Source: Candidatus Micrarchaeia archaeon (GTDB lineage Archaea; Micrarchaeota; Micrarchaeia; Micrarchaeales; CABMGC01). From it: a stretch of DNA of 27,592 bases. Every line of letters starts with the position of its first letter. Positions within the stretch are counted from its first letter, which is position 1. Below, piece by piece: positions 17,456-26,261 of the stretch. The position numbers were made by a program, and so were the translations under genes. The notes under the pieces are model-generated. The model worked only from the letters and a program-made list of their open reading frames with translations. It was not told the DNA's origin and did no database searches. The stretch is taken from assembly GCA_049966395.1 (NCBI GenBank), contig JBMFUT010000008.1:1-27592 (forward strand), in the 5' to 3' direction.

Positions 17456-17550
17456 TAAAAACCTTTTGCATTATAATTATATGTATTCAGTTTACTACTG
17501 AGTTTATTAAACTGGCAGAAGCGAAAACCAGAAATGATCTGCGTGTTTTT

Positions 17551-17979
17551 ATGTCGAAAAATAATTTAGAAGGCAAACTGCTTGCAGCAGTGAGAGTGCG
17601 CGGCAGAGTAGGCCTAAGGGAGGACATATCTGAAACGCTAGACAGGTTGAACCTCAGGCGGGTCAACAATCTTGCCATAATTGCAGGGAGCAAACCTGCA
17701 ATAGGCATGCTGCACAAGGGCAAGGACTACATTACTTATGGCGAAATATCGAAGGAAACCCTCAAGTCGGTTTTTGAAAAGAACCACATTCAGGCAGACG
17801 ACAAAACTATAGAAGACCTTATAGCTTGCAAGAAGGACGTCAAGGAGGTTGCTGAAATGCCAATAAGGATGAAACCGCCAAAGCGAGGCTATGAGAGCAC
17901 TAAAAAGAACTTCTCAGTGCACGGGGCACTCGGCTACCGCGGTGAAAAGATAAATGATCTTATAAAAAGAATGCTGTGA
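17551..17979 (+). CDS. rpl30: 50S ribosomal protein uL30
   Basis: AVRVRG, TL..LNL.RVN, DYITYGEI, PP..GY, GALGYRGEKINDLIKRM. Confidence 0.97.
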   Translation: MSKNNLEGKLLAAVRVRGRVGLREDISETLDRLNLRRVNNLAIIAGSKPAIGMLHKGKDYITYGEISKETLKSVFEKNHIQADDKTIEDLIACKKDVKEVAEMPIRMKPPKRGYESTKKNFSVHGALGYRGEKINDLIKRML

Positions 17980-17983
17980 TCAA

Positions 17984-18382
17984 ATGGTATTGAGATATGA
18001 AAAGAAGAGCCGCAAATACCTTGGCGCGAGGAGGTGGGGTGCTGGCAACATAAAGAACAGGAGAGGCGCGGGAAGCAGAGGAGGAGTAGGCAGGGGAGGC
18101 AGAAAGCACAATTTCACTCATGTTGTCGTTTACGAGCCTGAGCGCATAAGGAAAAAAGGTTTCAGCATTTGGAAGGCTAATGAGCTTCGTGAAACAGATT
18201 TGGGAAAAATAAATGCAATGGCAAGGAAGAGCGGAGACGCGAAGCCAACAATAGAGCTCAAAGGCTACAAGGTTCTTGGCGATGGGGTCCTAGAGAAGCC
18301 CGCCATAGTCAAGGCTACAGCTTTTTCTAAGCTTGCTGAAGAGAAAATTAAAAAAGCAGGAGGAGAAGCGGTAAAATTTTAA
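17984..18382 (+). CDS. rpl15: 50S ribosomal protein uL15
   Basis: RGAGSRGG.G, GYKVLGDG, FSKLAEEKIKKAGG. Confidence 0.95.
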   Translation: MVLRYEKKSRKYLGARRWGAGNIKNRRGAGSRGGVGRGGRKHNFTHVVVYEPERIRKKGFSIWKANELRETDLGKINAMARKSGDAKPTIELKGYKVLGDGVLEKPAIVKATAFSKLAEEKIKKAGGEAVKF

Positions 18383-18397
18383 TTTCACAGTGTTTTG

Positions 18398-19576
18398 ATG
18401 GAACAGCTAAGGATCGCTTTTTACTCTGACGCATACCTGCCTGCAGTTGACGGCGTGGTAAAATCAATAATCAACTTCAAGAATGAACTTGAAAGAAAAG
18501 GACACGAGGTTTACATATTCGCGAGCGGCGACTCCGAATCAATTAAGAAGCTGTCAAACAGCCACGTCTTCATAACGCAGGGGGTAAACTTCAGGCCGTA
18601 TCCGCAGTACAAGGCGGCAATATTTCCTTACCAGGGCATACTTAAGCTTGCATCTCTCAAAGTTGATATCATACACGCACACACTCCGTTCATGATGGGA
18701 TTTTCGGGACTCATGGCGTCAAAGCTTGCAGGATATCCGATAGTAGGATCCTTCCACACTATGATAAACGACAGGGCAGTCATAAATTCATACCACCCAA
18801 AAAACAAGCACATACGCAAATTCACAAGCAAGTACCTGTGGAAGTACACGAAGTTTTTCTATAGGAGGTGCGACGCGACAATAGCTCCGAGTGCTAGCAT
18901 AGAAAAGATGCTCAACAAGCTGCACATCGGCAACACGTTCGTAGTCCCAAACGGGGTTGATGTTTCTAGATTCATCGATGCAAAGGAAGATGGAATAAGG
19001 AGCAAGATAAAAGTGGGAAAGAACAAGAAGATAGTGCTCTTCGTTGGCAGGGTAAGCAAGGAGAAAAGGCTTGACACGCTTCTCAGGGCCGCGCACATAA
19101 TTTCGAAGTATAGGAACGACGTGGCATTTGTCATAGCCGGAAGCGGACCCGCTGAAATCTACTACAAGAGCATGGCGCAGAGGCTCGGCCTTGGCAACGT
19201 TGTTTTCACCGGATTTATACCAGAGAAGATCTTGCCAAACCTATATGCCGCGAGCGATGTATTCGTAATGCCATCGACTTTCGAGACGCAGAACGTGGCG
19301 TCAATAGAGGCTATGGCGGCAGGAAAGCCTGTGGTAGGGGCGAATTCGCTGGCCCTCGCCGAGATCATAAAAAGCGGAAAGAACGGCGAAAAGTTCGCGC
19401 CAGGAGATTATATTGGATGTGCAAAAAAAATAGAAAACGTTTTAAATAGTTCTGAGACATATAAAGAAGGAGCAATCAGTACGGCGAAGAACTTTTCAAT
19501 AGAAAAGACCACTGATAAGCTAATTAAGGTTTACGAAAATATACTAATCGACAAAAATGGTAGATTTACTGAGTGA
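18398..19576 (+). CDS. Glycosyltransferase family 4 (GT-B)
   Basis: DAYLPAVDGV, HAHTPF, VPNGVD, FVGRVSKEK, ETQ..ASIEAMAAGKPVV. Confidence 0.93.
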   Translation: MEQLRIAFYSDAYLPAVDGVVKSIINFKNELERKGHEVYIFASGDSESIKKLSNSHVFITQGVNFRPYPQYKAAIFPYQGILKLASLKVDIIHAHTPFMMGFSGLMASKLAGYPIVGSFHTMINDRAVINSYHPKNKHIRKFTSKYLWKYTKFFYRRCDATIAPSASIEKMLNKLHIGNTFVVPNGVDVSRFIDAKEDGIRSKIKVGKNKKIVLFVGRVSKEKRLDTLLRAAHIISKYRNDVAFVIAGSGPAEIYYKSMAQRLGLGNVVFTGFIPEKILPNLYAASDVFVMPSTFETQNVASIEAMAAGKPVVGANSLALAEIIKSGKNGEKFAPGDYIGCAKKIENVLNSSETYKEGAISTAKNFSIEKTTDKLIKVYENILIDKNGRFTE

Positions 19577-20222
19577 AGAAACATCAAAACTAGAAAGTGA
19601 AAGCAAGACAGAGGGCGAGATCGAGGCAAACCCAGAGGCCAAGAAGCTCGAGGAGAGCATAGAAAAGGTCAAAAAGGAGAAATACGCTGTAGTTGACGAG
19701 ATAAAGAGGCTAAGATCAAGGCTTGCCTACAAGAAAAGCGAATACCTCGCAATAACTAAGCTATTGGAAATGAACACCGACAGGACAAAGAATATTGGCT
19801 ACTTGAAAAGGCTCAAGGAAAAGCTAGAGTTTGCTATTTCTACCGAAGCGGCGCTCACTCCAGACAAGGAAAAGGAGATTATAAGGCGCATAAACAGCGT
19901 CAACGAGGAGCTTGACAAGTCGCTCAGAAATTACAGAATGAGAAAGAAGGCGGAAAGCATAAACAGCACCATAGACGAGCTGCAGAAGGGCATAGAAGAG
20001 CTCGAGAAGAAGATCACTGACTACAACAAGCAGCTTGACGAGCTCTACTACAAGCTCAGAGAAACTACTGGCTATGGCAAGCACTCTCAGAAGGGCAGAA
20101 GGGAAAAGAGGGAGCAGAAGCCTGCCGAGATAAGTTTTGCGGACATAGCTGTGATAAGGGGCAAGGACGACGGAAGCAAGCAAGGCAACAACGATATAGT
20201 AGATGCAGCTGAAAGCAACTAG
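19557..20222 (+). CDS. Archaeal coiled-coil protein of unknown function
   Basis: Long K/E-rich heptads with an EKLEF.ISTEA.LTPDKEKEII turn, recalling the archaeal COG1340-type coiled-coil family. Confidence 0.65.
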   Translation: MVDLLSEETSKLESESKTEGEIEANPEAKKLEESIEKVKKEKYAVVDEIKRLRSRLAYKKSEYLAITKLLEMNTDRTKNIGYLKRLKEKLEFAISTEAALTPDKEKEIIRRINSVNEELDKSLRNYRMRKKAESINSTIDELQKGIEELEKKITDYNKQLDELYYKLRETTGYGKHSQKGRREKREQKPAEISFADIAVIRGKDDGSKQGNNDIVDAAESN

Positions 20223-20254
20223 CCAGCAATGCATATAATATTAAAGGTGAATTT

Positions 20255-21565
20255 TTGAAAATCGAATTTTTCGGAGGCGCAGGAGAAGTAGGAAGAAGCT
20301 GCGTCATGATAGAAAGCAACGACACTAGGATTATACTAGACTGCGGAGTAAAGCTCGGCAAGAGAGAAGAATATCCTATTATAGATGATTCCAGGTTCAG
20401 CAATGTAGATGCGATAGTGGTTAGCCACGCGCATCTAGATCACTGTGGCTATCTGCCGCACGTATTCTCTACAGGATGGAGGGGATTTGTATATACTACA
20501 AAACCCACTTTTGAGCTTACCAACGTGCTCATAAGCGATTACCTCAAGATATCAAACCCTGCTAACGTGACTAAAGAGGGCATCAACGCCATGGGCAGGC
20601 ACTTCAAAATACAGGAGTATCATAAGGAATTCAAGATAAAAGGTCTCACAGTCAAGCTGCTTCCGGCAGGGCACATTCTAGGCAGCGCAATGATAGAAGT
20701 GAGCGACGGCACGCACAAGCTGATATACACAGGTGACCTGAACCTCAGGACTACAAGACTACTTGACGGCGCATACACAGAGTATCTCAATGCCGACACT
20801 CTTATAACAGAAAGCACTTATGGAGGCGACGATGATGTGCACCAGGCTGAGCGCGTCACAGCCGAACAGATTCTTAACAGCATAAAAGACACCATAAAGC
20901 AGGGAGGCAAAGTTATAATACCAAGCTTTGCTGTGGGCAGGGCGCAGGAGGTCCTTTTCATACTAGACGATTACATGAAGTCCGGCCTTCTCCAGAATGT
21001 CCATCTGTACATAGACGGAATGATAGGCAAGGCCATGAGAATACACAGGCACAATGTCATGGACTGCAGAGACGAGCTGCAGAAAAGGATACTCATGAGC
21101 GAGGACGATCCGTTCAAGAGCAAGAATTTTATATTCATAAAAACCAAGCAGGATAGAGCCAAGGCTATGAGCACCGAAGAGGCAAGCGTTATAGTCACCA
21201 CGAGCGGAATGCTCACCGGAGGACCTGTGGTGAGGTATCTTAAGAAGCTGGGTAAGGACCCTAAGAACAAGCTTATACTCGTAGGATACCAGGCCGAAGG
21301 CACCAACGGCAGGGCGCTTCTCGAAGGCGAGAAAGAGCTAACTTTCGACGGAAGCAAGGTGCAGATAAACATGACAGTTGAAAACTATTCGCTTTCTGCG
21401 CATGCCGACAGGCAGCAGCTGATGAAGTTCGTAAGCAAGATAAACGGGCTCAAGAACGTTTTCGTCATGCACGGCGACCCCAGGAAATCAGAGCAGTTGG
21501 CATCTGCGCTGAAGAAGAAGTACAAGGTCTATCTGCCGAAACTCGGAGAGGCTTTTGAGATATGA
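20255..21565 (+). CDS. MBL/beta-CASP ribonuclease (aCPSF-type, no KH domains)
   Basis: GGAGEVGRSC, SHAHLDH, GHILGS, YTGD, ESTYG, FAVGRAQE, SAHAD, HG; TTG start with SD AGGTGA. Confidence 0.93.
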   Translation: MKIEFFGGAGEVGRSCVMIESNDTRIILDCGVKLGKREEYPIIDDSRFSNVDAIVVSHAHLDHCGYLPHVFSTGWRGFVYTTKPTFELTNVLISDYLKISNPANVTKEGINAMGRHFKIQEYHKEFKIKGLTVKLLPAGHILGSAMIEVSDGTHKLIYTGDLNLRTTRLLDGAYTEYLNADTLITESTYGGDDDVHQAERVTAEQILNSIKDTIKQGGKVIIPSFAVGRAQEVLFILDDYMKSGLLQNVHLYIDGMIGKAMRIHRHNVMDCRDELQKRILMSEDDPFKSKNFIFIKTKQDRAKAMSTEEASVIVTTSGMLTGGPVVRYLKKLGKDPKNKLILVGYQAEGTNGRALLEGEKELTFDGSKVQINMTVENYSLSAHADRQQLMKFVSKINGLKNVFVMHGDPRKSEQLASALKKKYKVYLPKLGEAFEI

Positions 21566-21566
21566 T

Positions 21567-21597
21567 GCTAATGACGCCTGCGCATCGTTAGCTTTTT
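21567..21597 (+). terminator. Hairpin plus T tract after the beta-CASP gene, merging into the rpl1 TATA box
   Basis: GCTAATGA...TCGTTAGC stem followed by TTTTT and then ATATAT. Confidence 0.4.
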
Positions 21598-21634
21598 ATA
21601 TATTATTGCAGCAATCTATTACTACACCTTGTTT

Positions 21635-21665
21635 TCCCGCAAGGACTGCAGATTTGCAGGAGGGA
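21635..21665 (+). promoter_or_regulatory. Putative uL1-binding autoregulatory RNA motif overlapping the rpl1 SD
   Basis: UCCC-GCAAGGA-CUGCA-GAUU-UGCAG-GA-GGGA: two helices around an asymmetric GA / 7-nt internal loop, ending 4 nt before the ATG. Confidence 0.6.
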
Positions 21666-21669
21666 TTAT

Positions 21670-22302
21670 ATGGCTGGCAGCAATATTGATGAATTTAAGA
21701 AGTTTTTCGAGGAGCAGAAAGGAAAGCGCAAATTCAAGCAGAGCGTGGAGCTTGCGCTCAATTTCAAGGGCGTCGACTTCACTAAACAGGATAACCGCAT
21801 AAACTTGGAAGTCGCACTGCCTCACAGCAAGGGAAAAACGAGAAAGGTTGCAATAATAGCAGAAGATCCTTCACTTGTGAGCAAGGCAAAAGCCGCAGGG
21901 CTGGAAGTGATAGACGGAAGTTCAATAAGCGCAATAGCAAGCGACCCCGCAAGGATGAATAAGCTCATAGAATATGATCTCATAGCGCAGCCAAACCTGA
22001 TGCCTGCGATTGCAAAAAGCATGGGTCAGTTTTTGGGCCCCAGAAACAAGATGCCTAAGCCTCTTATAGGCATAAACCTGGAGACGCTTGTAAGCGACTT
22101 GAGCAAGAAGATAAACATAAAGAGCAAGGGAAGGTTCCTTCCTACAGTGCATTGCGTTGTGGGAAGCGAGGATATGCCTCCGGAAGAGGTATATGAAAAC
22201 ATAAGGAGCGTAATAGACGCAGTGACAAAGAAGGTAGGCCAAGGGCACATAAAGTCTGCTTATGTGAAATTTAGCATGAGCAGGGCGTTGAAAATCGCCT
22301 AG
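21670..22302 (+). CDS. rpl1: 50S ribosomal protein uL1
   Basis: RKFKQSVEL, LPH, GQFLGPRNKMPKP, H..VG.EDM, YVK.SM. Confidence 0.97.
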   Translation: MAGSNIDEFKKFFEEQKGKRKFKQSVELALNFKGVDFTKQDNRINLEVALPHSKGKTRKVAIIAEDPSLVSKAKAAGLEVIDGSSISAIASDPARMNKLIEYDLIAQPNLMPAIAKSMGQFLGPRNKMPKPLIGINLETLVSDLSKKINIKSKGRFLPTVHCVVGSEDMPPEEVYENIRSVIDAVTKKVGQGHIKSAYVKFSMSRALKIA

Positions 22303-22310
22303 GTGTTAGC

Positions 22311-23147
22311 ATGATCAAGTCAGAAAAAATAGCGTTTGTAAACAACCTTAAAAAAGAGGTCAAGCAGTACAATTCTGTAGGAGTGTTGCAGCTCAGGTCA
22401 TTGCCAGACACGCTGCTCCAAAAGATCAGGAATGAGATGAAGAGCGGCATGAAAATAGTCATGGCAAGGAAAAGCCTGCTAAAGAAAGCTTTGGAAGGAG
22501 ACAGCACTCTAGAGAAGTTGATTCCATTCATCGATGGCAACGTGGCGCTCGTGCTAAGCAACAAGGACCCTTTTGAATTATACAGGGAAGTAGGAGCCAA
22601 GAGGCTCAAGATGGCGGCAAAGCCTGGGCAAATCGCAGGATCTGACATATTCATAGAGGCAGGTGAAACGACAATCGCACCAGGGCAGGCAGTCACAGAC
22701 CTAAAGGCAGCAGGGATTGACGTGCAAATACAAAAGGGTAAGGTAGCTATAGCAAAGAGCAAGGTGCTCGTGCCAGCTGGCGCAAAGATAAGCACGGCGG
22801 TCTCAAAGGCGCTCAGGATGCTTGACATAACGCCTTTCGAGGCTTATGCCTCGATAAGCGCAATAATATCGTCAAACATGCTTATGACAAAGGAAGTTCT
22901 CGGCATAACAAAGGAGGAAACTGTCGGCAACATAGTAAGCGCATTTGGCAATGCCTATGCGCTGAGCATAGCCGCGAATTACGTGACTCCTTTCAACATA
23001 AAGGAGTTCATAAGGAGGGCATATGTCGGGGCGCTCGGAGTTGGCATTACTGCAAACGTGTATGAGCCTGGAGTGATAGAGCAGCTCATAGCAAAGGCTG
23101 TTGCCGCCGCGCTAGGCCTAGAGAATGCCGGCAACATTGACGCTTAG
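22311..23147 (+). CDS. rpl10: 50S ribosomal protein uL10 (P0)
   Basis: LQKIR, AKPGQIA..DI.I.AG.T...PG, L..LDI.P; lies between uL1 and P1. Confidence 0.95.
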   Translation: MIKSEKIAFVNNLKKEVKQYNSVGVLQLRSLPDTLLQKIRNEMKSGMKIVMARKSLLKKALEGDSTLEKLIPFIDGNVALVLSNKDPFELYREVGAKRLKMAAKPGQIAGSDIFIEAGETTIAPGQAVTDLKAAGIDVQIQKGKVAIAKSKVLVPAGAKISTAVSKALRMLDITPFEAYASISAIISSNMLMTKEVLGITKEETVGNIVSAFGNAYALSIAANYVTPFNIKEFIRRAYVGALGVGITANVYEPGVIEQLIAKAVAAALGLENAGNIDA

Positions 23148-23158
23148 AGGTGTAAAAG

Positions 23159-23458
23159 ATGGAATATATATACGCTGCGCTGCTGCTTGACGCGGCAGGA
23201 AAGGAGATAAACGAGGAAAACCTTAAGAATGTAGTGAAGGCAGCAGGCATGGAGCCTGACGAGGCGAGGATAAAGGCAATAACAAGCTCGCTCAAGGGAG
23301 TAGACATAAAGGAAGTAATAAAGAACGCACAGGCAATGCCGCAGGCTGCAGCAGCCCCGCAAAAAGCTGAAGCGAAGAAAGAGGCAAAGGAGGAAAAGAA
23401 AGAGGAGAAGAAGAGCGAAGAGGAAGCGGCCGGAGGGCTTGCGAGCCTTTTCGGCTGA
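23159..23458 (+). CDS. rpl12: 50S ribosomal stalk protein P1 (L12p)
   Basis: [10 protein letters not shown]...[13 protein letters not shown]. Confidence 0.97.
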   Translation: MEYIYAALLLDAAGKEINEENLKNVVKAAGMEPDEARIKAITSSLKGVDIKEVIKNAQAMPQAAAAPQKAEAKKEAKEEKKEEKKSEEEAAGGLASLFG

Positions 23459-23476
23459 TTTTTCTCGGTCCTGCAA

Positions 23477-24868
23477 ATGAGCAGTGAGCATTACGAGGGA
23501 GTAATAGACTTCGCCCTCAGCAAGGCGGAGAAGGAGAGCGAATACGCCGAGGTCTACATAGAGGACGACAAGGCATTTTCCTTCGCAATAGAGCAGGGCA
23601 GGCTTAACGGCTCGGCGAGCTCGGAAAAAGTTGGGCTGCGCATAAGGATCATCAGCAACGGCTGCCTCTACACTGTATCCACAAACAACCTTGAGAAGGG
23701 CAACATAGAGAAGCTTATATCGCGCTTCAGGAAATTCAAGGGCAAGAAGACTGCCCTTTCTGAGGAAAAGAGTGTCAGCGCCAGCTATGTGGTAAAGGAA
23801 AAAAAGGCTGTTGATGAGGAATCTATGCTCAAGGCGCTCATGAGCGTGGATAAAGGCATTGCAGAGGCAAAGCATATTGCATTCAGAGGCGTTTACGGAA
23901 GCTTCGACATAAGCGACACTTATTTCGCAAATTCTGATGGAAGCAAAGTGCATGGCAGAGTACCGATAATAAGCGCGTTTGTGAACTTCATTGTAAAGGG
24001 GGCTGGAACAAGGCAGCGGTTCATGCAGTTCGGCGGAGCCGGTGGGTACGAGGTTTTCGATCCTTCAAAAATCGAAAAAAAAGTATTGGAAGAAGCGGAT
24101 AATATGCACAGGCTCCTCGAGAAAGGCAGGGAGCTGAGCGCTTCTGAACTTGCCGGAATCAAGAATGTGGTTATATCCCCTGAAATCAGCGGCATTGCAG
24201 TGCATGAAAGCGTTGGGCATCCAAACGAGGCAGACAGGGTCTTCGGCAGGGAGGCCGCGCAGGCTGGTGAAAGTTACATCAATGCTGGCAATCTCGGGCT
24301 CAGGATAGGGAGCGATGCTGTAACGATAATAGATGACCCCACAGTAAAGAACGCATACGGCTATTTTGAATACGACGACGAGGGAGTAAGGGCAAGACCC
24401 AAGGTCATTGTCGAGAAAGGCCTCCAGAAGGAGCTGCTAGTCAACAGGGAGTATGCACACGAGCTCGGCATAAGGAGCAACGCTTCGGCAAGGAGCAGCG
24501 CCTACGCCTACGAGCCCATAGTAAGGATGTCAAACACCTATCTTAAGCCTGGAAGGGCGAGCCTCGACGAGCTCATAGAAGAAGCTGGAAACGGCATATA
24601 CATAAAGAGCTTCACAGAATGGAACATTGACGACACGAGAAGCTTCGCAAGATACCAGGGCAACGAAGCGTACATGATAAAGAACGGAAGCATAGAGGAG
24701 CCTGTGAAGAACTACAGACTAGAGATTAAAACTCTCGATTTCTGGCACGCCGTGAAATTGGTAGGCAGGGATTTCTCGCTGTATCTTGGGGAGTGCGGCA
24801 AAGGCGAGCCGATGCAAGGGGTGCCTGTCACAATGGGAGGAGGATCTGCCCTGCTCAGATTCGGATGA
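23477..24868 (+). CDS. tldD: TldD metalloprotease subunit
   Basis: HESVGHPNEADR (HExxxH), DDEG, RMSNT, C-terminal CGKGEPMQGVPV..GG. Confidence 0.93.
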   Translation: MSSEHYEGVIDFALSKAEKESEYAEVYIEDDKAFSFAIEQGRLNGSASSEKVGLRIRIISNGCLYTVSTNNLEKGNIEKLISRFRKFKGKKTALSEEKSVSASYVVKEKKAVDEESMLKALMSVDKGIAEAKHIAFRGVYGSFDISDTYFANSDGSKVHGRVPIISAFVNFIVKGAGTRQRFMQFGGAGGYEVFDPSKIEKKVLEEADNMHRLLEKGRELSASELAGIKNVVISPEISGIAVHESVGHPNEADRVFGREAAQAGESYINAGNLGLRIGSDAVTIIDDPTVKNAYGYFEYDDEGVRARPKVIVEKGLQKELLVNREYAHELGIRSNASARSSAYAYEPIVRMSNTYLKPGRASLDELIEEAGNGIYIKSFTEWNIDDTRSFARYQGNEAYMIKNGSIEEPVKNYRLEIKTLDFWHAVKLVGRDFSLYLGECGKGEPMQGVPVTMGGGSALLRFG

Positions 24869-24872
24869 TCAA

Positions 24873-26213
24873 ATGGGAGAAGACGCTGAAACTGTAGTGG
24901 GAATGACGAAAAATTATTTTGACGAAACCGTGGTTAATGCCCACACTTACGCCACAACCTACGTCAAGGTGGCAAACTCGAAGATAGATTCGATCGTAGA
25001 AATCCACGACGATTCGGCAAGCTTGTTCGTCTCAAGCAAGAAGAGATTGTTTTTCACCAACATAGAAAGGCTCGACAAGGACTACATTGCAAGGCGCATC
25101 GATGCTGCGCGCTCTGCAATCAAGTTCATAGAGCCCAAGGAAGACTATTTTGGCATAGCTAAGGGCGCTTTCAAATATCCAAGGCTTGGCTACGACAAGA
25201 GGATAGCAAATTACAGCAATGAGACTGCGATCGAGATAGCAGAAGAAGCGATAGGTGGCGCGGAAAGCGCAGGGGCAGAAAAAATAGCTGGAATGATATC
25301 TCTAGGATACTCTGATTCGGAGCTTGCCACGAGCAACGGCATAGCAATGAGAAGCGGCTCCTCTTCCGTAAGGATTTCGCTCAGGGCCTTCAAAGGCAAC
25401 ATACCTTTTCAGAACATTGTGGCGTCGAGGTATTTGAGCAAGTTGAACCCGCGCAAGTTCGGCAGCGAAGTGGGTAGATTCCCCTCTACGGTTTCTGAGA
25501 AGAAAAAGATAGGAGGAGGCGCATACGACATAATATATATGCCTCAGCCTGCGGGGCTGCTGCTAGAAAACGTCAATGCAATGGCCTGCATAGGGAGCAT
25601 AGAGACCGGAAGCTTCCTCGCGAACAGGATTGGCAAAAAGATAGCAAACGACGCGCTCAGCATATACGATGACGGTGCAATAAGGGAAGGAGTGAACTCG
25701 TCGCCATACGATGCCGAGGGTTATCCTACGCAGCGGACGCCTGTGATTAAAGACGGAACGCTCAAGAGCTACCTGCACAACTTCTCCACAGCAAAGAAAT
25801 ACAGCACTAAGAGCACAGGCAACGCGGGGCTCGTCATGCCTTCCCCAAACACTGCTATCGTAGAGCACAAAAACCTTTTCAAGAGCCTTGACGAGATGAT
25901 TGGCAATACTAAGAGGGGCATACTGGTCACTAACACCTGGTACACGAGGTTCAGCAACTATCTCACTGGAGACTTTTCCACAGTGCCGAGGGACATGGCT
26001 TTGTACATAGAAAACGGAGAGCCGAAGTTCGCAATTGGAAGCGCCGACTCCAGTTTCGTGGGAATAAGGATAAGCGACAACATGCTCAGAATGCTCAAAA
26101 ATATCACGGCTGCTGCGGGCAAGACAGTGCAGACGAGCTCTTGGGATGCCGGCAACGATTACTATTTCACGCCGAGCATTTTGGTAGAAGACGTAAAAGT
26201 CACGACCGCATAA
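24873..26213 (+). CDS. tldE: TldE/PmbA subunit
   Basis: YDAEG.PT, L..YLHN, STGNAG, GDFS, TPS; no HExxxH; adjacent to tldD. Confidence 0.9.
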   Translation: MGEDAETVVGMTKNYFDETVVNAHTYATTYVKVANSKIDSIVEIHDDSASLFVSSKKRLFFTNIERLDKDYIARRIDAARSAIKFIEPKEDYFGIAKGAFKYPRLGYDKRIANYSNETAIEIAEEAIGGAESAGAEKIAGMISLGYSDSELATSNGIAMRSGSSSVRISLRAFKGNIPFQNIVASRYLSKLNPRKFGSEVGRFPSTVSEKKKIGGGAYDIIYMPQPAGLLLENVNAMACIGSIETGSFLANRIGKKIANDALSIYDDGAIREGVNSSPYDAEGYPTQRTPVIKDGTLKSYLHNFSTAKKYSTKSTGNAGLVMPSPNTAIVEHKNLFKSLDEMIGNTKRGILVTNTWYTRFSNYLTGDFSTVPRDMALYIENGEPKFAIGSADSSFVGIRISDNMLRMLKNITAAAGKTVQTSSWDAGNDYYFTPSILVEDVKVTTA

Positions 26214-26261
26214 TCTTTATAATATGTTGCCAAATAACATTTTATATTTAAAAGTGAGTTC

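Noticed and set aside
17304..17501. 65-aa ORF between the pilin-like gene and uL30
   Set aside because: Runs through the dispersed repeat and AT-rich promoter DNA; no protein features.
23144..23953. 269-aa minus-strand ORF and the many similar antisense or alternate-frame ORFs
   Set aside because: They overlap well-supported genes and have no recognisable motifs.
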